Assembly (NCBI GenBank): GCA_964016885.1
Contig: OZ024742.1
Span: 142,166,001-142,230,000, forward strand
Origin: Eledone cirrhosa
Lineage: Eukaryota
Length of the DNA stretch: 64,000 nucleotides
Reading direction: 5' to 3'
Shown here: positions 14,387 to 28,149 of the stretch, in pieces
How positions within the stretch are numbered: position 1 is the first letter of the stretch
Layout of the letters: each line of letters begins with the position of its first letter
Program-made: the position numbers and the translations under genes
The notes under the pieces: model-generated
Databases searched by the model: none
What the model saw: only the letters and a program-made list of their open reading frames with translations
What the model was told of the DNA's origin: nothing

Positions 14387-16334
14387 ATAAAAAAATGAAA
14401 AATCAGTGATGCATCTGGACTTAGTTTATTGCGTGTTACAATTGTTTTGCCGGCAGGTAGCTCGAGACATGATCACTGTATGGATCTGGCTGATTCTATG
14501 GCTGCAGGTTCCATCGGACACGGGTAGTTCGTTCGGAGCAAATTTTATCATTGGGGTGTTATCGTCAGAAAACACCTTCAAAAAACATCTTCCACCCTTG
14601 TCATGCCATTGGCTGTTGTTATTCTACGTCATGCCATTGGCTGTTGTTATTCTGCTCTGTATGAATATTGAGTGCTAATTTTGGCATACCGCCTATGGAA
14701 GCACCATAGCTACCATTATACACAAGTATATATATACCTATATATATATACATTACGTTAAACCTAAGAGATGTGTATTTGAAAGCATATACTATATATT
14801 CATATTCAATAAACATATGGGAACCTCACTATCCTATCAAAGAAAATATATTGTTTTGTTACAAAAATAAATGATTTTTCTGTTTTGTTCTGTGAACACG
14901 TCGCAAATCAGTCAGTAGCAGTCGAGAATGCCAGATCACACATTTTCAAGATTCATTAATCACTCATCAGTGACATTCACTGAACCGATATTGACATGGA
15001 GACTGACTAGAGTCTATATGGATTTTTCGTGGTGAACATTTGCTGGAGATGCTCATTTGCATACTGTGCGTACATGGGTGGTCATAATTAATTGGCAGTA
15101 GCAGTAAAACATGTGAATATGTGCATAAATGAAAGAGTACTCAATACATGTAGCAGAAGTTATTTGTTTAGCAGCAACTGGGGTTCACTCCGTCACTATG
15201 TGTGTTTGCAAGCAACATAGAAATGTATGTACAGTGTTCAGGAACACCAGTTAGAAAGATTTCTATTGAGCACAAAGTGTGATGTATAAAGGTGCGTCCT
15301 GTCGTAGTGCTATAGTTATTTGAGTTTCTGAAACGAAACACTTCTCCAATGTGGGTTTCCAGAAGTCCTGAAAGGCAGGCCTATTTTTTGTATTTAGAGA
15401 TTTCCACTGAAAATATATTCGAATGAAGACAGAAAAAGAAAATGTGAATGTTCTTTTAATTAAGCGTTTAGAGGCTTAAGTATGAATTAACTTCAAATAA
15501 CACACTTCTGAGTCAGACAAATATATTTGTATGTGTGTACATGAATGTGTGACTGTCTGTGAGCGGTGTGTGTTTGTGTGTGCGCGTGATACATAGAGAG
15601 AGATTGACTGGCAATAAGAAAGAAACAAAGAAACAAATAAAACAAACAAACAAACAAACAAACAATCAGAGAAGCCGTGTTTAAATAAGGAAGTCTTATA
15701 AAATCTCCAAGTTTATAGCAATATTTTTCTTCACTATAAATATCAGTTCTGTTCGTGAATTGGTGGGAAAAATATTTCCAGTATTTGATTGTCTTGATAA
15801 AGCAATATATGAATATGTGTATGTGTAGATACGTGTGTATATATATGATTTATATGCTTCCGTTACATCTTTTCTTTCTCTTTCTCCTTCCACACTTACA
15901 TAATACAATACAACTTCTATACTACTCTACTCCATAACTTCATAAATATTACCATCTCTATATTACATTCCACCATAAAATACAATATTTATGCTATAGC
16001 ATATGAACACTAACACCTGAACGATCTCAAATTTCTAATTTACATCTTGGAGTTATGTCCCCTTGTTATGATACGTTTTTTGTTTTCGTAAAACGCGTTT
16101 TTAGCATGCTTTATGTTTAACGGTATCTCATAAACTCGTATAAGAGCCTGAATGACGGTCACAAATTTGATGCCTCTTGGATTTTGGAGGTATGGTCAAA
16201 ATTGGGCCTTGAAACCTTACGTAGCGCTTTTGTTCCGTATGTGAACATAAATGAATAATATAATATATATGTACTCAGCCGGAAGGTTGAAACAGGTAAA
16301 AGAGTAGATGAGTAATATAATATATATATATATA

Positions 16335-16476
16335 ATCTAGAACTAGCTGTTGAAACGTCAAGAGCTCAGCCGTCGGTGGCCCGACCTTTTCATATTACCA
16401 TACTCTACTACCCCAAGTATCAAGTACTCTGGTGAGTAATGGTCTAAACCGATTTTTACTGCATCCATTTTGAGTA

Positions 16477-16478
<2 letters not shown>
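16335..16478 (+). mobile_element. Diverged family A pLTR remnant
   Basis: ctagaactagctgttgaaacgtcaagagctcagccgtcgg...ctctactaccccaagtatcaagtactctggtg resembles 31930-32068. Confidence 0.65.
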
Positions 16479-16507
<29 letters not shown>

Positions 16508-16970
16508 CAGGAATATATATAGAGGAATTTAGGAGCAGTTTAGGTATGATACATTTTATTACTAATTATATCTAAATGTTTCTTCTCTCTTCATAATGTA
16601 TTTTTAACTCTGATACTGGTTCAGTCTAATTCAACTGGATTGGTCTGTCCCAGTCATTCATTGAGCAACATCGGTAAGGTTGGCACCATTAACTCACGGT
16701 TGGGTGTGGATGCATTCATGTATATGTGTGTGTCCGCATGTATCTGTGTGTTTCTAAATATATTGTTCATAACTCCCTCTGGTCGAGTAATCTTTGAAGT
16801 GTGGTGACTGCTGGAAGGCTGCCATTACTCATACTTCTCGCCTCCTTCACCACCTCTTCTACGGCTTCAAATTGTTTTTACTTGAGTGTTTAAGCAGTCA
16901 AAAAATGAAGGAATCTAATGATTTATCGATAGGTTCAATATATTAATAGAATTAATTAATTAATTATATA

Positions 16971-18640
16971 TTACATTTTAAATTTATATTTAAACGTTGA
17001 GTTCAATCTATGTCTACAGCAACTGAATGAATTGTTCCTTAGGTTCAGGGAATTTTTGGTCTTTAATATAAAGAATATTTCCTCTATACAAAGATCACAA
17101 TTTTCTGAAGAGGAGTTAAAAGGAGTAGCTTTTGAAATAATATTCCAAATCAACGAATATTCAACGTTCTTTAGTTTGAGGTCCCATAATAAGCTAGATA
17201 AAGAAGTTGAAGATTTTTTGTTTGGATTCGTAAAAGAATTTTTATGATTATTGAAACAGGATTTAAACTTTGTGGAAGTGGATCCCACATAATTAAATGA
17301 ATTTAAATTAGTTTTTACATTACAATTATATACTATATTTTTAGCTAAGCAATTGTTATTTAACGGACAGTTAGATTTATTTCTACAGTTACATTTATCA
17401 AATTGGATATTGCTTGGGTTATTAGTGGTATTTTGGTTAGGTTTTAAATTTCTATTATTAATTCTATTAATATTTTGCGCTAAATTTTTGGTGGAAGAAT
17501 AAGTTAATTTTATAGTATGTCTATTAAAAATTGAGTAATATCTATGTGTTCTAGGGAAGCATTTGTCAAGAGCTTTAAAAAATAGTTTAGCAATAGGGGT
17601 TTTAATATTTAATGAGAAAGGAGGAGCGAACCATAATATATTCCTAGTTCTATTTCTTTTTTTGTTTTCGGAATTATTGTAAGGCTTTCTATTATAGTTG
17701 TTAAAATTGTTAAAATAGTTAAAATTGTTAAGATTATGGTTAGTTGTTATATTATTATTATCAATGTATTTAATTTTATTTCTATACCCAGCTCTACCTA
17801 ACGCTTCGTTGTAATAATGTGCTTTTTCATCAAATATATTCTTATTAGCTGAAATTCTCGAAATTCTTTGCTGTACAGAGTTCACTATAGTATTTTTAAC
17901 GGATCTGGGGTGATTAGAGTTAAAATTGACGTAGTTTAAGTTCTCATTTAGTTTGTGAAATGGATAATGAAGACATGTGTTAAGGTTTAGTGTTACATCT
18001 AGAAAGTTAACTATTTTATGGTTATTCTCTATTTCTACTTTTAGATTAAGGTAATTAAAAAATTGTATAATTTGTTTTCTTTTTCTATTTAGTTCACAGT
18101 TATTATTTTCTATAAGTAAAAGCATGTCGTCACGATATAAACCTCCGGTTATCTCAGGTATTTTCCTATGTAGAGAATTATTTATAAAGAGGCCCACAAG
18201 ATCCATTACCTGAGCGGAATCGGATGATCCCATAGTTATATCAAAGTTATTATTTTTATCTGCCCTAGTCCAGAGTTGGTTATTAAATTCTATTAATGTT
18301 TTCCGTGCCGATAATATAATGTGCATTTCATTGCTAGTTAAGTCTGTATGTTTAAATGCGTAAGTTAGTGCTTTATTCAGTAGATTAGGAGTGATAGATG
18401 AGTAATAGTTAGCAATATCCAACTGAATAAACTTATTATTATAGTTATATTTAATTTCCTTAAACCAATCGATAACGTCACTAGTTCCTTTCCATAATTT
18501 TAAATAAGATAAATTCTTAATCTGTGGTATTATTCTGTCTAAAATATTTTTGCTAAGTCTACCAAGGTCCGATTTAGATGGTGCAATTAATCTGACTGGT
18601 AAATCAGTTTCAAAGTTCCTTTTGTGATCCTTCATATTAA
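16971..18640 (-). mobile_element. 5'-truncated Naiad-like PLE with an uninterrupted ~555-codon RT-EN reading frame
   Basis: MKDHK..VRLIAPSKSDLG, LDIANYY, FDITMGS, GGLYRDD, CNCRNKSNCPL, IVYNC..YVGST..FK, CDLC.EE, CRH. The first ~15 aa of the called ORF come from an inverted pLTR. Confidence 0.95.
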
Positions 18641-18790
18641 AATATGTATAATGAAATAAATATGGTTTTATAAATATAGTTTCCATTTGTTAATATCGTA
18701 TTTTTATTCCAATTATTTGTTGAGTGCTTTATATCAGTTATAAAAATATTTGCTTGTTGTATCCCAACAATTTAAATAGAACTTTTACAT
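18639..18790 (+). mobile_element. Inverted pLTR 3' segment (family C) capping the truncated PLE
   Basis: Closely matches 58842-58998 and 62881-63040. Ends in (TA)n. Confidence 0.85.
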
Positions 18791-19075
18791 ATATATATAT
18801 ATATTTGAAATGGAAGTAAGGTTCTATACACTTAATTTAAAATTGTTAATGTTTAATTCTTTTTTAATTCTTTTTAATTGTAATGTTTAACATTTGATAA
18901 GATGGATTACACTGATACATCGAAAGCGTAATGTATATTTTATATACATTATTAAACTCCTTTTTTTTTTTTTTTATTGTTCCTCTCACTTTTTCAATAA
19001 TGTTACTTTCACGGATCAAAGAAGGAAAAAAAAAAACACCTTCTTGAAATATATTTTCCGTGCTGTTTCCAATTC

Positions 19076-19225
<150 letters not shown>

Positions 19226-19244
19226 TGAAAAAATAACGAGGTGA

Positions 19245-19835
19245 ATGTGCTCAACCAAACAGAGAAAGAGGAGAGGCTGTTATAAGGAGCGAAATATCAC
19301 GATAAATTAACGGAGTCAAAGACTCTCGCTATTCCCTGTCATTAATGTGCTCAAAGGAGAAGGGATCCCGAGCCCCTCCGTTAATTTATCGTGATATTTC
19401 GCTCCTTATAACAGTTTCTCCTCTCTCTCTGTTTGGTTGAGCACACTTCTCTGAGTGGTTTGGGCTGCCCTTTCTAGCAGCCCGTCCCTCAGAGTCCACT
19501 GGTTACTACCCTAGGCACGCTGTGAATTCTCTCTTCCGTGTGTGGCTGGACGGTCGCTCTAGATTCTTTTAGTGTTGTCTGAAATGTATAGTCTTACACA
19601 CGCTGTAGGCTAATCATTTCTGTCAACAAATTAGTTGCTGAAACAGATCCTGTTGGATTTGTACGTGTGTGTTAGATAGTTATCAAGGTACGTATTTGCA
19701 CTTTGATTTATACTTTAATTATTGTGTGTCTACTTTGCTTTGCATGGCTATAGATTCCATACACTGGTGGTTTATCCCCGTTTGATTGATAACGCACTAT
19801 ATCTCTCTCTGGTGTGTTATCTTTTCTACATATTG

Positions 19836-19839
<4 letters not shown>
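19245..19839. mobile_element. pLTR-like repeat (family D) with an internal inversion
   Basis: Arms ~19245-19314/19376-19446. The body matches 37588-38205 in the opposite orientation. Degenerate GAAA-CAGATCCTG-TT motif at ~19640. Confidence 0.7.
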
Positions 19840-19915
<76 letters not shown>

Positions 19916-19946
19916 TCGATGTGATCATATCAAAGATACTTCAATA

Positions 19947-20023
<77 letters not shown>

Positions 20024-20167
20024 TGTGTGCTTGTGTTGTGTGTGTGTACAGAAAGTTGTGTGTGTGTGTGTGTGTTTGTGGGTGTGTGGGTGCGTGTACA
20101 GAGAGAGATAAGACGTGTAAATATGTGTACATGTGTGTGTGTCTGTTTGCTTGAATAGATATGTATG

Positions 20168-20200
<33 letters not shown>

Positions 20201-20948
20201 TTTGTGTGTTCGTGTGTGTGTGTATATGTGAATATATATGTACACATATATACCCACGTGTATATATGCATATATATATATATATATGCATGTATATAGA
20301 TATATATAAATGCATGTATATACATATATATAAATGAAGTATTTCCGTAGGAATGCATATATATGTATGTATATACATATATACATATCTCCAAACATAT
20401 ATATTTTGAACCTATTGCCCTTAATATGATTAATGTTAATGTTGTGTTAGTGCCGTTCCATAATGGGGGAAGAACTACATATTGTTTTTATATTATTTAC
20501 TTTAATTTTGTTTAGTTTTATCAATTTCTCCATCTATTTCTAACATTAACGCAATCATCTGTAAAAGCTTTTATCAAAGTATATTCTCTGTAACGTGAAT
20601 CTTTCGGTCATATCTTGTCATCATAATGAAAGTTCCACTGTAAAAGATTCAATTACGTGAGTTTATTTCACATATTATTTTATTCTATTTTTATATTAAT
20701 TTTCATAATTTTTTCGTAGGTAGTTATTTCTGTATGTAGCCTATATATATATATATATATGTGTGTGTGTATGTGTGTGTGTGGTGTGTGTGTGTGTGTG
20801 GTGTATGTCTGTGTGTGTGGTGTATGTGTGTGTGGTGTGTGTATGTGGTGTATGTGTGTGTAATATATTGTATTATATATACAAGTATATGTAGTGAGAT
20901 AGATGTAATAATACATTATATATATATGTATATATAGAGAGAGAGGTG

Positions 20949-21055
<107 letters not shown>

Positions 21056-21074
21056 CATATATATATATATATAG

Positions 21075-23336
21075 TATTAAGGATACTATTTATGGTTATG
21101 TATATACTAAAACTTTTTATAGTTATATATATTTTAAACCCTAAACAGTGAAAGACAGTAATTTGTTACTACCTTTACCAGTAAGATAAATAGCTCAATG
21201 TAATAACATCAGTTGTTCTACAGAGCAGTTATATAGAAATCACATGAATCAAAGTTCTGTTCAAACCACTTATTAGCTTACAATTGTTTCGTCCAAACCG
21301 AGGTTTGGAATCTTCGGAGCAATTTTTCAATGATTGTTTACATACATGACCTCCTTTCCAACACAAGAGACATACAGAAACATATGTATATATCGATGCA
21401 CAGTGGGGTGACATCCATTATAATATTTTTGCATGGCAATTTAAATTCAAAAATTAAAATCATATTAAAAGAAAATTAAAACAAAATTAAAGTTAAAATA
21501 CAACATCGCCAGTTTACGAAGATAATGCAAGAGGATAGTTTGAAGTAGTTAGTGTATGCAATAGTTACACGTGGGGCATGTACGTGTGTCTTATTTATAC
21601 AAGATTATTGTGCGGCAAGGTGTTATATGCAATACAAGCACTTTAAGCGGGTAATCAAGAGTATTGTGGGGGTTGTATTGATAAAGTATTTTTTATGTAT
21701 GATAAAGAAGCTTGTGTGCAGAGAAATATTAAAAATGAGAAGCAAAATAATGTTATGGTTTTTGTATACACCACCATTTTCACAATCCAGGTAACGTAAT
21801 ATATAGGTTATATGTCCTTTACATAATTAACGATGGTTCAGTATTGGATGTTTGATGTATTAGGTTAGATTATTACATCTTGTTGCGGCTCTGTGTTCTT
21901 TAATTCAATTTTATAGAGCAGGTTGTTTTTGTTGCGAGAATTTACATCGTTTTATTTTCCGGAAGTATGTGTGTGATTAAGGGGAGTTAATGCGTGAGGG
22001 GAGGTAACTAGCTGATTTCTGTAACTAACTTCATTATTCCAATGTACATTAAAAGGTGTCCCACTTGAGTCCCTTATAAATAGTTTCTAAATTTAAGTAT
22101 CCTATCTTTATATTACAGTCTACTCTATCGAGAAGTACTAAAGGTATCCATATTAGGATGATTACCCCCTATAGAATGCCACAACTGAGTATTCCATAGG
22201 AAGAGTCAGATCTCCATATCAATGATCTTTGCAAATGTAGTCTACTCACAGAACCTGACAGGGTTTTATTAGAACCACGTCTATATATAACCCCTGGTAA
22301 GCTCTGGGTCAGCGCATGGCTGATTGCATGGCAAAGTTAAATACCTCTAGGGTAGACCAAAGTGCAATTCTCACTTACAATGTCATTAATCTGTCTATCA
22401 AGTCATACATTTATGTATAACTCGTATACCACTTGTACATAATTCATTGTACTCAACATATAGGTTATATAGCTCTTTTATGTTAATAAATTAATCTTCT
22501 ATTTATCCAATGATGGCACTCCATACACATAACAACATTAGCACAAATAATTCAGTGTTTAAGGTTTACATATAATTATATAGTGGTGTAATGTAGTCTA
22601 AGTAATTGAAGGTAATTATACTAAAAGTAGATGTACATGGGGATATTTCTAGGGTAAAAGGTTTTAGATAGATGTCACTAATTGTGTTAAGATAGGGTGG
22701 ATCATTGAGTGTGGAGTTGCGGTGTAAGGTGTCCCCTTGAGGTGTGTTGCTAGAAGTGTTGATGGGTTCAAATCTGACGTTGCTATATATTGGGTTTAAT
22801 GTTTTGGAAGGAGTGTCGGAAGCGGTGCTGGCATGACGCGAACACTTCTGATTTTTTATTAAGGAGGTTATGGTTTTAGAAGATAATAGTATGGGTCTCT
22901 AGTAGACAGAGGTTGCAAAATTTATTAGGTGGTTTGTATGATGTCGCCTTACCTATGACTTCCCATTTAAGTGTATAAGATCTATTTTTAGTTTTTAGAT
23001 AGTGTATGTAGCTAGATAGTGAAATGGAGTTGGCTAGACTGTGTTTTTTGAAAGAATGGAGGTGCGACATGTATCTGGTTTTGAAGCAGTTTGAAGTAGA
23101 GCCTATATAGGTTTCAGAAGAGTTGCTAGTTGTGACGGTGCATGAGTATATGATATCCTTGATTAAGCATTTTTTATCTAAAGGGCAGGTTCTATTAGAT
23201 CTACAGTTACAATTATTGGAAAGGAGGTCATGTATGTAAACAATCATTGAAAAATTGGTCCGAAGACTCCAAACCTCGGTTTGGACGAAACAATTGTAAG
23301 CTAATAAATGGTTTGAACAGAACTTTGATTCATGTG

Positions 23337-23340
<4 letters not shown>
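21075..23340 (-). mobile_element. 3' end of a Naiad-like PLE: GIY-YIG fragment (~22810-23215), long 3' UTR and pLTR, with an inverted pLTR copy at the 5' truncation
   Basis: CNCRSNRTCPL..IIYSC..YIGST..FK..CNLCLLE. ~125-bp inverted repeats at 21237-21361 and 23216-23340. Confidence 0.9.
21276..21320 (-). ncRNA. Variant hammerhead (CCGAAGA core); second copy at 23257-23301 (+)
   Basis: GCT CCGAAGA T-TCCAAACC-TC-GGTTTGGA-C GAAA CAATTG TA|AGC. Palindromic loop 3. Confidence 0.7.
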
Positions 23341-23375
<35 letters not shown>

Positions 23376-23515
23376 TATATATATATACTATTTTACCTGT
23401 TCCAGCCATCCAGTGAGATAGAGAAAGAGAGAGGGTGAAAGAAAGAAATTTGATGTATATACATATATATCAAATATATATATTGACTGTGCCACTTCGC
23501 CATATATATATGTGC

Positions 23516-23570
<55 letters not shown>

Positions 23571-23753
23571 TAAATCCACCAATTAATGGTAGGGTTTAAG
23601 CCGTATGATGAACTCAATGTAATTCGTATGTATTAGATGTCGTGAAGCAAAGTTTAAAATACAAAATTTCAACGATATAATTCATTGGATACAGAGTCAA
23701 AAATACAAATAGTGAAAAAAATGAAATTAAACAAAAAAGGGTTAATTCATAGT

Positions 23754-23902
23754 AAAACTCATCATTTTACGATCGTTTCTGGGGGGTAGTTCCCCGTATG
23801 TCCATTCTATTATTGATGTATGTAAAATATATTACAAATTATCATAGTAAGGAAATATACATACGTCTTCTCTACCCGCCGTCTTCAGAAATAATGAGTT
23901 TT
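23754..23902 (-). ncRNA. Hammerhead with a 14-bp stem I and a ~100-nt stem II domain
   Basis: AAAACTCATTATTT CTGAAGA CGGCGGGTAG...CTACCCCCCA GAAA CGATCG TA|AAATGATGAGTTTT. Confidence 0.8.
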
Positions 23903-24258
23903 GTTTAATGAAGAATACAAAAAATACGGAAAGTTATGCTTTAAAGGGCAAATGGGAATGTAAATCTCCGGCCGAATTAAGAGTAAAATATAAAACACAC
24001 GCGGGTTAATTAGTTATTTGAAAACTAATATCAATTCCTCGTGTAAAGAACTCAATTAATTTAAAAAAATAAATGTATGCATGTAATTATATACATAGGC
24101 ATATATATATTTTCTTAGGCTAAAATATATATTTTTTCTTAGGCTAAAAAACATATACATACATATATACATACACACACACATACACACACACATATAT
24201 ATAGAGAGACACACAACTATGTATACACATATATACACATATATACACATATATAGAC

Positions 24259-24293
<35 letters not shown>

Positions 24294-24349
24294 CATATAT
24301 ATTTTCTCCTATATCTTTTTCTATATTTGCTTAGTTGTATTTATAATAT

Positions 24350-26640
24350 TTGAATGTCTTTCTAATTTTATGGTTACATGCTATAATCAATTATTGTCTT
24401 TTATTTAATAGAGTGTCCTTCGATTTAGTCATTTCAAAAATTTCTTGGGAACATAGTCCACACTCCCTTCTATTGCCCTAATAAGGAATGGCTCTCTTGA
24501 AAATCTTCCAAGTTAGGTTATAATCAATATTCTTCTTTTTACAATTATTAACTTCGCTAATGAAGTGGTATTAGCTAATTTTGTGTTTCGAAAACTGTGG
24601 GTGTGTGCATAAAATCTCGATTTAAACGGATTAGAAGTGGATCCAATATAGGATTGATTAGAGTCCTTAGTGGTGATTATACATTTATATACTATATTAT
24701 TAATTAAGCAATTTCCATTTAAGGGGCAATTACTTTTTACTCTACAATTACATAGGGTTTCAGATGTGCTAGCTATATTCCCAATAATAGTGCTAGTATT
24801 TGTATTTACCTTTTTATATGGGAGAGAAGGGTTTGCGGTTGGGTGGTCGCGGCCCGAAGGGTTGTTAGTTGGTGAAATTATACTGGATATAGCGTTTATA
24901 GAATCATGGTTGTTTTGGAAGTTATTGGTTAGATTGGGTATGTAATTCTTAGTCCCTATTAAGGAAGATGGTAGTTGGGTGAAGGCTGATGTATTGTGTT
25001 GGTGAGGTGAGTGAGCGGCTGTAACGGGTGGATATGTAATAATATTCTGGTTATGCGTTGTAGTATTACCATAGTTAGCTTGTGTGTGGTATGCTATTGT
25101 GTGTGGTATACACGGAGCTTTTTTACATTTATAGATGTTATATGCACTTATTTTTTATTGTATATTGCTCGATGTGGAGTAAGAAAATTTTACTGTATTT
25201 CTGTTTAAGATTTGATGGTATTTGTGGTTAGGTGGGAAATGTTTATCGAGAATTGTAAAAGAAATTTTAGGGATTTGGCCCATAGTTTGCAAGTTAAATG
25301 GAGCGTTATACCATGTTACGTTTCTTTTATGGTTTCTAATTGGTTTCCTATTATTATATTGGGTAGTTTGAGGGTAGATTTTGTTATCAGATGATACTAT
25401 AATATTGTGATTGTTATTATGGGTGTGAACTAATTGTTTAGTAGATTTTTGAATTGTATTAGTTTTTGATTTATTGCTTTTTGTTTGATTTATAGATGAT
25501 ATTGTGAGTTTTATTAATGGAGCCTTATTGATAGGACCTGGGATTTTGGTATTATTCTTGTTATTTACAGTAGTTCGGATATGTTTCTATGGTTTTTTGG
25601 ATTGTAAGGATGTGGTTTGGTTAGGTTGACGGTTCAATGAAATAGGTAATATATCATTAGGTTTATTGTGAGAATTAAGATATAAGATGTTATTATTAAC
25701 TGCTTTTTTAAGATTAATAGAGTTAGGTGTTTTCGTACGGTTTGTAGTAATATTAATAGGTAGGTTATAGAAGTATTCAGAAGCGTTAGGATTGATGATT
25801 TTTAGAGAGTTTGTGTCATTCATATTAATGCGGGTGTACTAGGAGTAATGGTAGGATCTAGGTTTATCGGTGCTTCATTGCTGGCATTAACGTTTTGGTG
25901 TTTTTTATGGTGTTTGTTCTTCATGCTTGGTTGTATGTTGGAGGTATTTATGGTGTTAGGTATGTAAAATATTTTATCCTTGTAGCCACTTCTAACGAAA
26001 GCCTCATTATAATCAGGTTCATTTTTATAGAATATTTCTTCATTAGACGATAATTTAGATAATCTGAGTGAGATATTGTACACTAGATTTTTTAGTATGG
26101 AACCAGGGTGGTTAGATTGTGAATGTATATAATGCAGGTTTTGGTTTGGTTTGTGGTAAGGTTGGTAAGTGCCTTATAGATCCAAAGTGATATCGAGTAA
26201 ATTGACCATTTTAGTGCTATTTTCAAAAGTAATGATAAGATTATAGTAATTTTTGAGGAATTTCCTAATATGTTTTTTATTTCTCTCAATTGCTGAGAGA
26301 CTAAGATTGTTAGATAGAAGAAGACAGTCATCGCGATATAGACTGCCTTTGAGGTGGGGAAAAGAGGAATTTAAATTATATAGGAGAAAGAGGCCCACAA
26401 GGTCCGTAACCTGGGCGGAATCTATCGACCCCATAGTGATATCATATAAATCACTATATGTATTTCTAGTCCATTACTCATCTTGGAAGTCCAGTAGTGT
26501 TTGGCTGGCATGTGTGATGTTATTAATTTCATTCATAGTTATAGCCGATCTACCTTTGGCGAAAATTAATGCTTTATATGGGGGAAATTGATGAATAATA
26601 TGCATCGATGTCGAATTGGACGGATATGCATTTAAACCCC
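24350..26640 (-). mobile_element. 5'-truncated, decayed Naiad-like PLE with very long N/T-rich linkers
   Basis: MGSIDSAQVTDLVG..GSLYRDD, NISLRLSKLSSNEEIF, TWYNAPF, CKCRVKSNCPL, YIGST. Multiple stops. Its probable 3' pLTR lies at ~23570-24060. Confidence 0.9.
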
Positions 26641-27419
26641 CTTTTAAAAAAAAAAACAGATTATTAATGAGATTTCTTATTCGAAAATATAATTCCCTAC
26701 AGGTAAAACTTCTTTCTGACCACTCTAACACAATACAATACTTACACAAACTTTAGTATTTTCTTACCTATATAGTATTTTATCTATTTTTTATCTAAAT
26801 TTTACTTTCCTTTGGTTCCATTTATATTCCTCTACTTGTTCTATTTTTAGAACAAATTATTCCTCTCGAACAAAGAAATAACAAATATTTAGGATTGTTC
26901 TATACTATTCTACTTGATGTAACACACTGATTTCTGCACCCCTTCAACTGTAATCTTCGTTATCGATCTATGTAAGGTTAGTTACAAAATATCAGATAAG
27001 GAAAATATTTACTTACATGCATATCACCAGCTTTGTCAAAAGCAATAATAATTTTATTCAAAATTAGTAGTAAATTAGTAGTACGTTTAGTTCTATGACC
27101 TTGTTTGGATGTAGCTGAAGAACAAACCAATCAGATTGTTTTTTTCCATATGATATTAAGATGAAAAATAATTCACTTTAGTTGAGGTCATGACCCTTTG
27201 AAAGGAATGGTTGAATGGTGTTATTAATAGAATTGCTATAAAAAATCTATCAGGAAGAAGGGGATTGTCAAATTGATAGTTGAATGTATATGGTATAGTG
27301 AAGTTTAAAAGGAATGTAAAAATTAAATGTTGAGTTGTGTTGTATGGAGTTTTTAGGTGAATATAAATTAAGGTCATGATTAGGAAAGATAGTATATTAA
27401 AAGATAAAAATTATAATAA

Positions 27420-27560
27420 GATAATTGTTTCTACTTTTGGCACAAGGCCAGCAATTACCCAGTGTATTACTGGTACTTTATTTTATCGACCCCGTTAAAC
27501 GAAAGTTAACCTCGGCGGGATTTGAACTCAGAATGGCAAGGGCCGTAAATCTATGCGTCC
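27420..27560 (-). mobile_element. SINE, 5'-truncated
   Basis: B box, central domain and 3' tail of the same SINE family. Confidence 0.85.
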
Positions 27561-28149
27561 GTACGGTGTGGTAAATTGTACTTAGTATAATACAGCGTAT
27601 GATACGCCTTAAAATACTTTCAAGTATGTCTATGTATAAATAGTCAAATTCAGATAGATGCATGTTGACATAGTCAAAACGCATAAATTTCATAGATCAC
27701 AAAGTGCATATACCCACATTATAGATAGAGGCATAGTTATATTGATACTCAATTAAAAATATACATACGCATAAATAGATGCAAACATATACACATGTGC
27801 ACACAATCATATACACATATATTTATATATATATATATTTACATATACACACATATATATATATATGTATGTGCACACACATGTACACACACACATATAA
27901 ACACTCATACACATATACACGCATATACACACATACACACACACATATATATATATATATATTCACATATCATACATACATAGATACATATTTACTCATG
28001 CAATTACGGGTGGTTGTGTACCTTGTTGCCCTTAGTCATTAACGCATTAATCTAAGGAAGCTAAAAAATTAAAAGGTAAGAAATAAGCATGAATACTTAG
28101 GGGAAAGGGATACTAACAAATGTTACGCTACATAGAATTATAGTGAGTT

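Noticed and set aside
19612-19660. Family D HHR-like motif (CTGTCAA ... GAAA CAGATCCTG TT)
   Set aside because: The core and stem II are too degenerate in both copies to support a call.
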